A DNA stretch of 26,208 bases from a virus (taxonomy: Duplodnaviria > Caudoviricetes), in the IMG/VR virus record IMGVR_UViG_3300022909_000101, positions 1 to 26,208 of that record. One strand, 5' to 3'. The notes beneath the pieces are model-generated. The model saw nothing but the letters and a program-made list of their open reading frames with translations. It did not search any database and was not told where the DNA came from. Shown here one piece after another: positions 1-9,166 of this stretch (positions are counted from its first letter, which is position 1; every line of letters begins with the position of its first letter). The position numbers and the translations under genes were made by a program.

Positions 1-1
1 C

Positions 2-262
2 GCTGTAAACTTGGCAGCTAGACTTGAGGCTGCTACAAGAAATTATAGAGATGAAAATGGAAAGGTTACACCTTTGATTTATTCTTCCTATACAAAAGAG
101 CAACTGAAAAATATTAAGTCAATTGAGCTAGATAAAATTAAGGTTAAGGGTAAAGATGAGTTAGTAACCATTTATAAACCAGTAACAAACTTAATGGAGG
201 GTTATGACTTTACTTCAAAAAAGAAAGTTAAAACTAATAGCAAAAAGGATAATAAGAAATGA
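2..262 (+). CDS. Class III adenylate/guanylate cyclase, C-terminal fragment (5' truncated by window edge)
   Basis: Frame from base 2 reads AVNLAARLEAATRNY...ELDKIKVKGKDELVTIY, matching the (GD)xVNxAxRLE and VKGK motifs of class III nucleotide cyclases. Confidence 0.85.
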   Translation, partial: AVNLAARLEAATRNYRDENGKVTPLIYSSYTKEQLKNIKSIELDKIKVKGKDELVTIYKPVTNLMEGYDFTSKKKVKTNSKKDNKK

Positions 263-404
263 AAAAAAAAGAAAACTATACTTACTCAATTTACACTGGC
301 TCAAAATTAAGAAACAAAAGTTACGGAGACGCAGAAAAACATTTGTGAAACTTTGGAAAATTAGAAGATTACAAGAATTAAGAACTATACTCAAAGTTGC
401 ATAA
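204..404 (+). CDS. Small, very basic (K/R-rich) hypothetical protein
   Basis: 66-aa ORF with GGAGG Shine-Dalgarno at 196-200; overlaps the cyclase 3' end. Confidence 0.5.
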   Translation: MTLLQKRKLKLIAKRIIRNEKKRKLYLLNLHWLKIKKQKLRRRRKTFVKLWKIRRLQELRTILKVA

Positions 405-405
405 G

Positions 406-413
406 AATAAATA
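406..413 (+). promoter_or_regulatory. T4-type late promoter (AATAAATA)
   Basis: Variant of the gp55 consensus TATAAATA; ATG at 419. Confidence 0.5.
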
Positions 414-418
414 CTATT

Positions 419-877
419 ATGGCTGAATTAAACGACATACAGAAACTCGCTACAGATGTTCAGGTTCTTAAAACTGAAGTTGAACAGGTTGCAAGTGTTA
501 ATACAAAACTTGATAGCGCAATAGATAAACTAACTGATATATCGGGGAGCATTAAATCTATGTTGGCTGTACATGAAGAAAAACTATCTAAACAAGAGGA
601 TATTGATAAAGCAATATTCAACCTAATAGAGAGTCGTAGGGTTGAATTTGATACAAATTATAAAGAATTACACGCAAGAATCAACAAAATACATACTCAA
701 TTAACTGATGAAATTGAGATGTCAGAAAAGCGTTTAATGTGTGAAATTAAGACTTTAAACTCAAATTTAGACGGTAGGATAGGCGTTTTTGAGAAATACA
801 GATGGATCATTATAGGGGCGGCAATAGTGCTAGGATTGTCTATGCCTCAGTTGATGTCAGTATTTAAAATTCTGTAA
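419..877 (+). CDS. Coiled-coil protein with C-terminal transmembrane helix (possibly holin/XhlA-like)
   Basis: Long heptad-like region followed by hydrophobic WIIIGAAIVLGLSM. Confidence 0.55.
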   Translation: MAELNDIQKLATDVQVLKTEVEQVASVNTKLDSAIDKLTDISGSIKSMLAVHEEKLSKQEDIDKAIFNLIESRRVEFDTNYKELHARINKIHTQLTDEIEMSEKRLMCEIKTLNSNLDGRIGVFEKYRWIIIGAAIVLGLSMPQLMSVFKIL

Positions 878-884
878 TAGGACC

Positions 885-913
885 TTGACAAAATAGTATA
901 TATAGTATATACT
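885..913 (+). promoter_or_regulatory. Sigma70-type promoter of primase (likely leaderless)
   Basis: TTGACA (885-890), 17 bp, TATACT (908-913); ATG at 921. Confidence 0.75.
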
Positions 914-920
914 GTTTATT

Positions 921-1937
921 ATGAGTGGTTACATTGATTTAAATTATATATCTAAAATACAGCCTAGATTACAACAGTTTAAAAAGAAACGAGAATACCT
1001 TTTTAATTTTCGTTGTCCTGTTTGTGGTGATTCTAAAAAGTCTAAAACAAAGGCAAGAGCATATCTTTATAGAGTAAAAAATGATATGTTTTTTAAATGT
1101 CATAATTGTAGTGCTTCACACAATCTGGCAAATCTTATAAAGTTAGTTGATAGACCTTTATACGACCAATACATTTTAGAAAGATATAAAGGTAGTAAAC
1201 CATCAAATGACGCTGAAAGTTTATTTGATAAGTTTAAAACTAACACAAAACAAAAATTAAAATCTACACCTCTACAAGGCCTTACAGCCTTTAGTAACTT
1301 AAATGATGATCATCCTGCAAAGCAGTATTTGATAAAACGAAAACTGCCTACAGAATACTTTGACCGATTATATTATTGCGACAAGTTCCAAACGTATGTA
1401 AATAAGATACGCCCAGGGACTTTTGATAGTCTAAATAAAAAGTACGAACATCCTAGATTGATAATACCTTTTTATGATGTTGGTGGTGAAGTCTTTGCTT
1501 TACAAGGCAGAGCATTTGGTAAAGAACAACCAAAATATCTAACAATAAAACTACAGGAAAACAAACAAAAAATATTTGGCCTAGAACGAATTAATCTACA
1601 CAAAAGATTATACATAGTTGAAGGTCCATTAGATAGTTTGTTCCTTGAAAATTGTCTTGCGGCTGGTGGTGCTGATCTACAACTACCTGTTGAAAAAAAA
1701 GATGTTGTCTTTATTTTTGATAACGAACCAAGAAATAAAGAAATTATAGATAGAATGTATAAGTTGATTGATAAAAGTTATATGGTAACAATATGGCCAG
1801 AAGGAACAAAAGAAAAAGATATTAACGAAATGATCGTAAACGGCAAGACAAAAGAACAAATACAAAAAATTATATTCGACAATACCTATTCAGGTTTGTC
1901 AGCAATTACTCAATTAAATTCATACAAACGTTGTTAA
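921..1937 (+). CDS. gp61: DNA primase (T4 gp61-like)
   Basis: N-terminal Zn finger NFRCPVCGDS...CHNC; TOPRIM motifs VEGPLDS, FDNEPRN, KDINEM. Confidence 0.95.
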   Translation: MSGYIDLNYISKIQPRLQQFKKKREYLFNFRCPVCGDSKKSKTKARAYLYRVKNDMFFKCHNCSASHNLANLIKLVDRPLYDQYILERYKGSKPSNDAESLFDKFKTNTKQKLKSTPLQGLTAFSNLNDDHPAKQYLIKRKLPTEYFDRLYYCDKFQTYVNKIRPGTFDSLNKKYEHPRLIIPFYDVGGEVFALQGRAFGKEQPKYLTIKLQENKQKIFGLERINLHKRLYIVEGPLDSLFLENCLAAGGADLQLPVEKKDVVFIFDNEPRNKEIIDRMYKLIDKSYMVTIWPEGTKEKDINEMIVNGKTKEQIQKIIFDNTYSGLSAITQLNSYKRC

Positions 1938-1947
1938 GGAGAGAAAA

Positions 1948-4272
1948 ATGGTAATGGGAAACGAGTCTATAAATGTCAAAAAAAGAAAAGATAGAGGAAC
2001 AGAACCTCTTAACATTGAAAAGATACATGAAATGGTTGAGTATGCTTGTGAAGATATAACTGGAGTATCTTCTTCACAAGTAGAAATGAAAAGTGGTTTA
2101 CAATTTTATGACGGTATTACCACAGACGAAATACAACAGATTTTAGTTAAGTCAGCTGCAGATTTAATAGATTTAAATAATCCTAATTACACATATGTAG
2201 CAAGTAGATTACTTTTATATTCATTGAGAAAACAAGTTATTGGTAAATTATGGGATCATCCACACCTATATGATCATGTTAAAAAAGTAGTTGAGATGGG
2301 ACTATATGATAAAGAAATTTTAGAAAACTATCAAAGAAAAGATTTTGATAGAATGGAAAACTGGATCAATCATAATAGAGATTATGATTTTACTTATGCT
2401 GGATTAAGACAAGTGATAGACAAGTATCTAGTACAAGATAGAAGTACTAATCAGGTGTATGAAACACCACAATTTATGTACATGCTTATTTCAGCAACGT
2501 TGTTTGCTAAATACCCAAAAGAAACGAGGATGAGTTATGTTAAAAAATATTATGACGCAATTAGTCAATTCAAAATCAATATTCCTACTCCCGTTATGGC
2601 TGGTGTACGAACTCCTTTACGTCAGTATGCGAGTTGTGTATTGGTTGATATTGATGATACCTTACCTAGTATTTTCTCTGGTGATATGGCGATTGGAAGA
2701 TACATCGCTCAAAGAGCTGGAATCGGAATCAATGCTGGAAGAATACGAGGCATCAATGCTAGGATCAGAGGAGGCGAGGTCCAACACACTGGTGTTATAC
2801 CTTTTCTTAAAAAGTTTGAGGCAACGGTTAAGTGTTGCACTCAAAATGGAGTCCGAGGAGGATCAGCAACAGTCCACTTCCCAATCTGGCACCAAGAAAT
2901 AGGTGACATTATTGTTCTTAAAAATAATAAAGGTAGTGAAGATAATAGAGTTAGAAAACTTGACTATTCAATACAACTATCAAAATTATTTTATGAAAGA
3001 TTTATAAACAACCAAGACATAACTTTGTTTTCACCACACGAAGTGCCTGAACTATATGAAGCCTGGGGAACACCAGAGTTTGATGAACTTTACGAGAAGG
3101 CAGAAAGAAAATTATCTATTAAGAAAACAAAAGTTAATGCACAAGAATTATTTTTTGATATATTGAAAGAACGTGCTGAAACAGGCCGTATCTATATTAT
3201 GAATATTGACCATTGTAATACTCACTCATCTTTCAAAGATAGAGTTTATATGTCAAATCTATGTCAGGAAATAACTTTACCAACCACTCCAATACAACAC
3301 ATTGATGGAGAAGGTGAAATTGCTTTATGTATTTTATCTGCCATCAATGTGGGTAAAATAAACAAAAGAGATGAACTAGAACCTTTATGTGATTTAGCAG
3401 TAAGAGCATTAGATGAAATTATAGACCATCAAAAATATCCTATCAATGCTGCTGAAATATCTACAAAGGCAAGAAGAAGTTTAGGTATTGGTTATATTGG
3501 CCTTGCTCACTATCTTGCTAAAAAAGGTTACAAGTATGAACAGAAACTTGCATGGAGACAAGTTGATAAACTTACAGAAGCATTTCAATATTTTCTATTA
3601 AAGGCAAGTAATCAACTTGCAAAAGAAAAAGGACAATGTTCAGCATTTAAACAAACAAAATATGCAGATGGTATACTGCCTATTGACACTTATAAAAAAG
3701 ACGTAGATGAATTAGTAAAAAGAGATTACACTTACGATTGGGAATGGTTAAGAAGTGAAATAAAAGAACATGGTTTAAGACACTCAACACTTTCAGCTCA
3801 AATGCCAAGTGAATCATCATCTGTTGTATCAAACGCAACAAATGGTATTGAGCCACCAAGAGATTATTTGTCAGTTAAAAAATCTAAAAAGGGTCCTTTA
3901 AAACAAATCGTACCTGAATATAATAAACTAAAGAACTTTTATACACTACTTTGGGATATGAAAGGGAACGAAGGATATATAAATATCGTTGCAGTAATGC
4001 AAAAGTATTTTGACCAGGCAATATCGGGTAACTGGTCTTATAATCCTGAAAATTATACTGATGGTCAAGTGCCTGTATCAGTTATGGCACAAGACTTATT
4101 GACGACTTATAAATTAGGTTGGAAGACTTCTTATTATCAAAACACATATGATAGTAAGAAAGATGAAGATGAACCTGCTCATCCAGTTGGGTTCCATGAT
4201 AATGTACCAGAGGATAAACAAGAAGTAAAAGAGGAAGAGGATCCAGAAAACTGTGATTCTTGTACAATTTAA
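1948..4272 (+). CDS. nrdA: Ribonucleotide reductase class Ia alpha subunit
   Basis: N-terminal ATP cone, PTPVMAG, SCVL, SNLCQEI, TSYY and C-terminal CDSC; SD AGGAG. Confidence 0.98.
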   Translation: MVMGNESINVKKRKDRGTEPLNIEKIHEMVEYACEDITGVSSSQVEMKSGLQFYDGITTDEIQQILVKSAADLIDLNNPNYTYVASRLLLYSLRKQVIGKLWDHPHLYDHVKKVVEMGLYDKEILENYQRKDFDRMENWINHNRDYDFTYAGLRQVIDKYLVQDRSTNQVYETPQFMYMLISATLFAKYPKETRMSYVKKYYDAISQFKINIPTPVMAGVRTPLRQYASCVLVDIDDTLPSIFSGDMAIGRYIAQRAGIGINAGRIRGINARIRGGEVQHTGVIPFLKKFEATVKCCTQNGVRGGSATVHFPIWHQEIGDIIVLKNNKGSEDNRVRKLDYSIQLSKLFYERFINNQDITLFSPHEVPELYEAWGTPEFDELYEKAERKLSIKKTKVNAQELFFDILKERAETGRIYIMNIDHCNTHSSFKDRVYMSNLCQEITLPTTPIQHIDGEGEIALCILSAINVGKINKRDELEPLCDLAVRALDEIIDHQKYPINAAEISTKARRSLGIGYIGLAHYLAKKGYKYEQKLAWRQVDKLTEAFQYFLLKASNQLAKEKGQCSAFKQTKYADGILPIDTYKKDVDELVKRDYTYDWEWLRSEIKEHGLRHSTLSAQMPSESSSVVSNATNGIEPPRDYLSVKKSKKGPLKQIVPEYNKLKNFYTLLWDMKGNEGYINIVAVMQKYFDQAISGNWSYNPENYTDGQVPVSVMAQDLLTTYKLGWKTSYYQNTYDSKKDEDEPAHPVGFHDNVPEDKQEVKEEEDPENCDSCTI

Positions 4273-5378
4273 TGAAAACTGTATTTAATAAAGATAAAAA
4301 ACTAGATAGTACAAAACAACCAATGTTTTTTGGTGCAGATTTGGCTGTACAAAGATATGATACATTTAAGTATCCTGTATTTGATAGATTGGCACAACAA
4401 CAGTTAGGTTTCTTTTGGCGACCAGAAGAAGTATCTTTACAAAAAGATAGAAACGATTACTCTCAATTATCTGAATCACAAAAGTTTATCTTTACATCTA
4501 ATTTAAAATATCAAACAATGTTAGATAGTGTACAAGGTAGAGGGCCATGTTTAGCATTTTTACCTTTTGTATCCATACCAGAGTTAGAAGGTGCCATTGT
4601 TGCATGGGACTTTATGGAAACAATTCACAGTAGAAGTTATACATACATTATTAAAAATCTATATTCTAATCCATCTGACGTATTTGATACAATTATACAA
4701 GATGAGAAAATAGAAAAAAGAGCAAAGTCTGTAACTGAAGGTTATGACAAACTAATTCAATTAGGTTACAAATATAAACTAGATCCTAAATCAGTTGATG
4801 AATATGAACTAAAGAAAGCATTATGGTTATCACTAGTTACTGTAAATGTACTAGAAGGTTTAAGATTTTATGTATCATTTGCTTGTTCATTTGCTTTTGG
4901 TGAACTTAAACTTATGGAAGGTAGTGCTAAAATATTATCATTGATTGCTAGAGATGAAAGTCAACATTTATTAATGTCACAAAGCATTATTAATAATTAT
5001 AGAAATAAAGAAAATGATAAAGTGATGAACAAAGTTATTAAAGATACAGAAAAAGAAGTTTATCAAATTTATGATGACGCAGTCCAAGAAGAAAAACGTT
5101 GGGCGACTTATTTGTTTCAAAAAGGTTCTATGATAGGCCTTTCTGAAAAATTGTTACATCAATATGTTGAATATATAGCAAATAGAAGAATGAGAACTAT
5201 AGGATTAAATCAAGTATATGAACAATCATCAAACAATAATCCATTACCATGGACACAACATTGGTTTAATAGTCGTTCAATGCAAAATGCTCCACAAGAA
5301 ACCGAAATAGAAAGTTATGTTATTGGTGGACTTAAACAAGATGTAAAAAAAGATCAATTTAAAACATTTAAACTATAA
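4272..5378 (+). CDS. nrdB: Ribonucleotide reductase class Ia beta subunit
   Basis: FFWRPEEV, ETIHSRSY (radical Tyr), EGLRFYVSF, DESQH, APQETE; ATG overlaps the nrdA stop (TAATG). Confidence 0.97.
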   Translation: MKTVFNKDKKLDSTKQPMFFGADLAVQRYDTFKYPVFDRLAQQQLGFFWRPEEVSLQKDRNDYSQLSESQKFIFTSNLKYQTMLDSVQGRGPCLAFLPFVSIPELEGAIVAWDFMETIHSRSYTYIIKNLYSNPSDVFDTIIQDEKIEKRAKSVTEGYDKLIQLGYKYKLDPKSVDEYELKKALWLSLVTVNVLEGLRFYVSFACSFAFGELKLMEGSAKILSLIARDESQHLLMSQSIINNYRNKENDKVMNKVIKDTEKEVYQIYDDAVQEEKRWATYLFQKGSMIGLSEKLLHQYVEYIANRRMRTIGLNQVYEQSSNNNPLPWTQHWFNSRSMQNAPQETEIESYVIGGLKQDVKKDQFKTFKL

Positions 5379-5566
5379 TGGCAACACTTACTCCACCAAA
5401 TTTAAATAAAGTTACAATCAGTTGTAAAAATTGTGAAGTATCCTATCACGTTGAATGGGATGAAGAAATAGAACCAACTACTTGTCCTTTTTGTGGTGCA
5501 GACACTTCTATAGATGAAGAGGATGCAATTTTTGACAATGAAGAAGACGAAGACGATTGGAATTGA
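5378..5566 (+). CDS. Small zinc-ribbon protein with acidic tail
   Basis: CKNC...CPFC; translationally coupled to nrdB (TAATG). Confidence 0.7.
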   Translation: MATLTPPNLNKVTISCKNCEVSYHVEWDEEIEPTTCPFCGADTSIDEEDAIFDNEEDEDDWN

Positions 5567-6083
5567 TTATAGTTTAACAAGTCCTGCTATATGTGTATGT
5601 AGGGGTGAGTTTAAATTTGAAAATTGTAAGATATACTATCTTACAAACGTAAAAAAATATGAAGGTGATTATTGTAATGGACAAATAAATGGCAGACTTC
5701 ATTTACCCTATACCTCCGAGACACAACGACACGATCAAATTTCCGATTGGGCGATTAATATTGTTGATACTGCTATTGGTAATATTTTTGTAGAAGGATA
5801 TTCATTTGGTAGTAAAGGCCTTGTGTTTAATCTAGCAGAAAATATGGGTGCCTTAAAACATAAACTGTACAAACTAAACAAAAGATTTGAAAGTATAGTG
5901 CCTGGTCAAGTAAAAAAGAATGCTACTGGCAAAGGCAATGCAGACAAGCTTAAAATGTATGAGCAGTTTGTAAAAGATACAGATATTGATTTGATGAAAG
6001 AATTTGATCAAACAAAACTAAACAATCCTGTAACAGATATTGTTGATGCTTATTATGTAGGTAAAGCTGGTTATGATCGTTAA
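5538..6083 (+). CDS. RuvC-like Holliday junction resolvase / RNase H-fold nuclease
   Basis: IGIDYSLTSP, VEGYSF, VKKNATGKGNADK, DIVDAY; start chosen at ATG 5538. Confidence 0.8.
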   Translation: MKKTKTIGIDYSLTSPAICVCRGEFKFENCKIYYLTNVKKYEGDYCNGQINGRLHLPYTSETQRHDQISDWAINIVDTAIGNIFVEGYSFGSKGLVFNLAENMGALKHKLYKLNKRFESIVPGQVKKNATGKGNADKLKMYEQFVKDTDIDLMKEFDQTKLNNPVTDIVDAYYVGKAGYDR

Positions 6084-6759
6084 TGTTGTTTCGTTATTTT
6101 GGGGTACAAAATATTCACTTGACTATGTAAATGTCTTATACAATATGGTTAAAAGAAATTTAACTATACCTTTTAACTTTTATTGTATGACAGATGATTT
6201 TAATAGAAACTTTGATAAACAGATTACATTATTACCTATACCTAAACCTGTTATGACTGGGTGGTGGAACAAGTTACATCTATTTAATCCTATCTTAGGA
6301 CTAGAAGGTAATGTATTATTTTTAGATTTAGATATAGTTATATTAAACAACATAAATGAATTTTTTACAATAGGTAAAGATGAAGATTTTTATGTAATGA
6401 GAGATTTTGCTGAACCTAATACAATTAATTCAAGTGTATTAAGATTTAATATAGAATACCATAGTCATATATGGGATAGATATTTAGAAGACAAAACTAG
6501 GTTTGATACCTATCATAGTGATCAAAGCGTTATTAATTTAACTATGTTGAAAAGTCCTCAGACAAAATTCTTTCCAGATCAATGGACATATTCATATAAA
6601 TGGCCTATAAGAGGTAACATAAAACAATACGATTCAAATAGATCACAAAATTATACCTTTAAACAGAATGCTAAGATTTCTATATTTCATGGTAATCCAG
6701 ATCCCCATGTAGCAATGCAACACGAATCAGGTAAATGGATAAAAGATTACTGGAAATAG
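6073..6759 (+). CDS. Glycosyltransferase (GT-A fold, GT8-like)
   Basis: WGTKY, GWWNKL, FLDLD (DxD), NSSV, SDQ, FHGNPDP motifs. Confidence 0.8.
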   Translation: MIVNVVSLFWGTKYSLDYVNVLYNMVKRNLTIPFNFYCMTDDFNRNFDKQITLLPIPKPVMTGWWNKLHLFNPILGLEGNVLFLDLDIVILNNINEFFTIGKDEDFYVMRDFAEPNTINSSVLRFNIEYHSHIWDRYLEDKTRFDTYHSDQSVINLTMLKSPQTKFFPDQWTYSYKWPIRGNIKQYDSNRSQNYTFKQNAKISIFHGNPDPHVAMQHESGKWIKDYWK

Positions 6760-6773
6760 AACAAAACAAGAAC
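6759..6773 (+). promoter_or_regulatory. Alphaproteobacterial LexA (SOS) box GAAC-N7-GAAC
   Basis: GAAC AAAACAA GAAC, 42 bp upstream of the -35 at 6816. Confidence 0.7.
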
Positions 6774-6815
6774 ATTTACATCTAAAACCCTAATAAAATC
6801 AACACTTTTTAATGC

Positions 6816-6844
6816 TTGACTTTTAAGTATTTTTAGTGTAGCGT
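6816..6844 (+). promoter_or_regulatory. Sigma70-type early promoter
   Basis: TTGACT, 17 bp, TAGCGT; 6805-6827 is 22/23 identical to 9090-9112. Confidence 0.65.
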
Positions 6845-6873
6845 ATATGTATATGACAAATAAAGGAGACGCT

Positions 6874-7281
6874 ATGACTAAAGAATTACACAAATCATTT
6901 AATATTGTTTATAAACGAGAATATTTTAACTCCGAAGACGCAGACTATTTTTGGACTAGTTATTCAATGTATAAAAACGTACCTATTTCTAAAATTAAAT
7001 ATTATAGAAAACAGTTGTTAAAATTTAAAGATTATATGGACAAGTCTTTTAAAGAAGACGCAACAAACTTTGCTGGTGCTACTGCTATTGAGATAATCTA
7101 TCCAGACGAATATTATCAAACTTATGAAGATGTATTCGGTCCAGAAACGGCTGCAGGCGACCATAATTTATTTAATGACTTTGGTCAATTATACAAAAGA
7201 CAAGGCTTTAGAAAAGACTTCGATCCAGATTTAACAAAAAAATATACAACTAAAAGAGAATACATAACACAATTAAATTAA
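6874..7281 (+). CDS. Hypothetical protein
   Basis: ORF with AAGGAG SD before ATG 6874. Confidence 0.7.
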   Translation: MTKELHKSFNIVYKREYFNSEDADYFWTSYSMYKNVPISKIKYYRKQLLKFKDYMDKSFKEDATNFAGATAIEIIYPDEYYQTYEDVFGPETAAGDHNLFNDFGQLYKRQGFRKDFDPDLTKKYTTKREYITQLN

Positions 7282-7291
7282 GGAGGACACT

Positions 7292-7702
7292 ATGACAATA
7301 GACACAAATATAATATATACAAAAAAAAATATAGGTAAAAACTTATATTCAAAACAAACATACTATACAGTAATGGTAGAACAGCATGTGCTTGCAAAAG
7401 ATAAAGACGAGGCAGATAAGTTATTTTTAGAAGGTGGTGGTATTAATCACTCTAAAATTACAACTGATATAACCGAAACAAAAGATGGAGTTGAAACAAC
7501 TGTTGTTGACGCTAATTATTCAGACTCAGGCAAAACAACTTACCTTGGTAAAGTTGCATATGATGAGGATGATGAATATGCTGAAGAAGATGGTAATGTT
7601 GTAATTGACACTTATGCAGATGAACATACTTTAACTGAAAAAGAAGAGTCAGACGTTGATGTTGCTATTCAGTTAGAATCAGAAAATCAAAGAGGTAAAT
7701 AA
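7292..7702 (+). CDS. Hypothetical acidic protein
   Basis: AGGAGG SD; D/E-rich C-terminal half. Confidence 0.7.
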   Translation: MTIDTNIIYTKKNIGKNLYSKQTYYTVMVEQHVLAKDKDEADKLFLEGGGINHSKITTDITETKDGVETTVVDANYSDSGKTTYLGKVAYDEDDEYAEEDGNVVIDTYADEHTLTEKEESDVDVAIQLESENQRGK

Positions 7703-8115
7703 TGTATAATGGTTATTTTGCTATCGCATTAGATAAACAAAGTTGTAATGCAGTTAAAAAAGGTGCTACAATGAGTGTGTTAGTATCAGACCATATTACA
7801 CTTGCCTTTAAACCAACAGTTAAAGTATTTAATAAGTACAAAAATCTTGTGGGTAAAAAAGTCGGTGCAATGATTAATGGCTACAGAGCAAATAATCACA
7901 TTGACGCATATTGGGTAAAAGATATGTTTTTATTAGACAGTAATAAAAAATTAAAAAGAAGTGATAAAGGTGCTGCTCACATCACATTATCACATAAAGA
8001 GGGTTATAAATCAGGTGACGCTAACACTATGTTTACAAATCCTAAAGTAAAAAATAAAAGACATGGTTACGTAGAAGGCACTATCAAATATTTTAATTAC
8101 AACAAAGGAGTATAG
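7702..8115 (+). CDS. 2H phosphoesterase family protein
   Basis: Two HxT motifs, SDHITLAF and AAHITLSH, about 60 aa apart. Confidence 0.7.
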   Translation: MYNGYFAIALDKQSCNAVKKGATMSVLVSDHITLAFKPTVKVFNKYKNLVGKKVGAMINGYRANNHIDAYWVKDMFLLDSNKKLKRSDKGAAHITLSHKEGYKSGDANTMFTNPKVKNKRHGYVEGTIKYFNYNKGV

Positions 8116-8116
8116 T

Positions 8117-8263
8117 ATGGAATGGATATTACTAATATTAATAATAATGATGACCGCTGTTGCAGTTGCATATTCGGGTGAAATATATTTGTATTTAAGT
8201 TTAGTATTTGGTTCAATTATTACCGATATACAAAATTTTATAAGAAAAATACTAGGTAAATAG
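8117..8263 (+). CDS. Small membrane protein (48 aa, not in ORF track)
   Basis: MEWILLILIIMMTAVAVAYSGEIYLYLSLVFGSIITDIQNFIRKILGK*; AAGGAG SD. Confidence 0.65.
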   Translation: MEWILLILIIMMTAVAVAYSGEIYLYLSLVFGSIITDIQNFIRKILGK

Positions 8264-8267
8264 ACTA

Positions 8268-8296
8268 TTGACAAATTGATTAAAATGTGCAATAAT
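8268..8296 (+). promoter_or_regulatory. Sigma70-type promoter (likely leaderless)
   Basis: TTGACA, 17 bp, AATAAT with extended TG; ATG at 8303. Confidence 0.55.
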
Positions 8297-8302
8297 AATA
8301 GA

Positions 8303-8623
8303 ATGTCAAAAAAATTGACAAAAAGAGAACAATTTGAATTAGTAAAAAAAGATTATCATAAGTGGTTAGGTACATTAGGTCTTAACATAAATGTCAAAAC
8401 TGGCCATATTATAAAATCAAAACGTGTATCTAAACCATTAGATATATCAATGTACAAAGTAAGAGATTCTATACCAACAAGTGATAGAATAGTTGGCAAT
8501 ACTTATAGACGATATTATTCTACAAGTTTGCCTGAAGGTAAAACAATATCTATAGCATATAACAAAGGTGGATATCAAGTTGTTGATGCTAAAGATTTTA
8601 AATCTATGGGAAGGAAAATATGA
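8303..8623 (+). CDS. Conserved T4-like phage hypothetical protein
   Basis: C-terminal IAYNKGGYQVV resembles a motif in small T4-like phage proteins; start chosen at ATG 8303. Confidence 0.65.
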   Translation: MSKKLTKREQFELVKKDYHKWLGTLGLNINVKTGHIIKSKRVSKPLDISMYKVRDSIPTSDRIVGNTYRRYYSTSLPEGKTISIAYNKGGYQVVDAKDFKSMGRKI

Positions 8624-8844
8624 GAACTTTAATGTTACTAACAATACTTGCTATTATGTCAACATCAATGGCAAAAGCAGATGAAAAATATGATTATTCT
8701 TCATGTGAGAATATGAATTGGTTACAAAAAGAAATATGCGAAGCTAAAATATTTCAAAAAACTAATTGGCAAAATGGTAAAGATCAAACTACCAATACTA
8801 TAAACAAAATTAAATCATTATTTGCAAATAACAATGCTTCATAA
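8620..8844 (+). CDS. Small secreted protein
   Basis: Signal peptide MRTLMLLTILAIMSTSMAKA; two Cys. Confidence 0.65.
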   Translation: MRTLMLLTILAIMSTSMAKADEKYDYSSCENMNWLQKEICEAKIFQKTNWQNGKDQTTNTINKIKSLFANNNAS

Positions 8845-9025
8845 AATTAGTGATTTTTGTAAAAAGATTGACAGCATCAAAACTCAGGCTGATAAGTTAT
8901 ATAATTTAAAGTATAACAATCCTAAAACGCCTGAGAGGGATGCTGAAATCAATCACCTTATTGAAGATATACAATTAATGTGTAAGGTTGTGTCAAATGA
9001 CACAAGTCCATACGATAAAAAATAA
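8834..9025 (+). CDS. Hypothetical protein
   Basis: Helical ORF overlapping the upstream gene; ATG 8834. Confidence 0.6.
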   Translation: MLHKISDFCKKIDSIKTQADKLYNLKYNNPKTPERDAEINHLIEDIQLMCKVVSNDTSPYDKK

Positions 9026-9049
9026 CGAATCAATAGAAATAGGTCAGAT

Positions 9050-9064
9050 GTTCTTACTTTGTTC
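9050..9064 (-). promoter_or_regulatory. Alphaproteobacterial LexA (SOS) box GTTC-N7-GTTC
   Basis: GTTC TTACTTT GTTC, 36 bp upstream of the -35 at 9101. Confidence 0.7.
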
Positions 9065-9100
9065 TTCTAAAAATGTTGATTTTATTAACCTTTTTAGTGC

Positions 9101-9129
9101 TTGACTTTTAAGATATTCTGTGTTAGCAT
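9101..9129 (+). promoter_or_regulatory. Sigma70-type early promoter
   Basis: TTGACT, 17 bp, TAGCAT with extended TG. Confidence 0.7.
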
Positions 9130-9166
9130 TAGTACATAATGATTATTAACTTAACAAAAGGACACT

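Noticed and set aside
1948-5378. Introns, inteins or homing endonucleases in nrdA/nrdB
   Set aside because: Both ORFs are continuous and of normal length.
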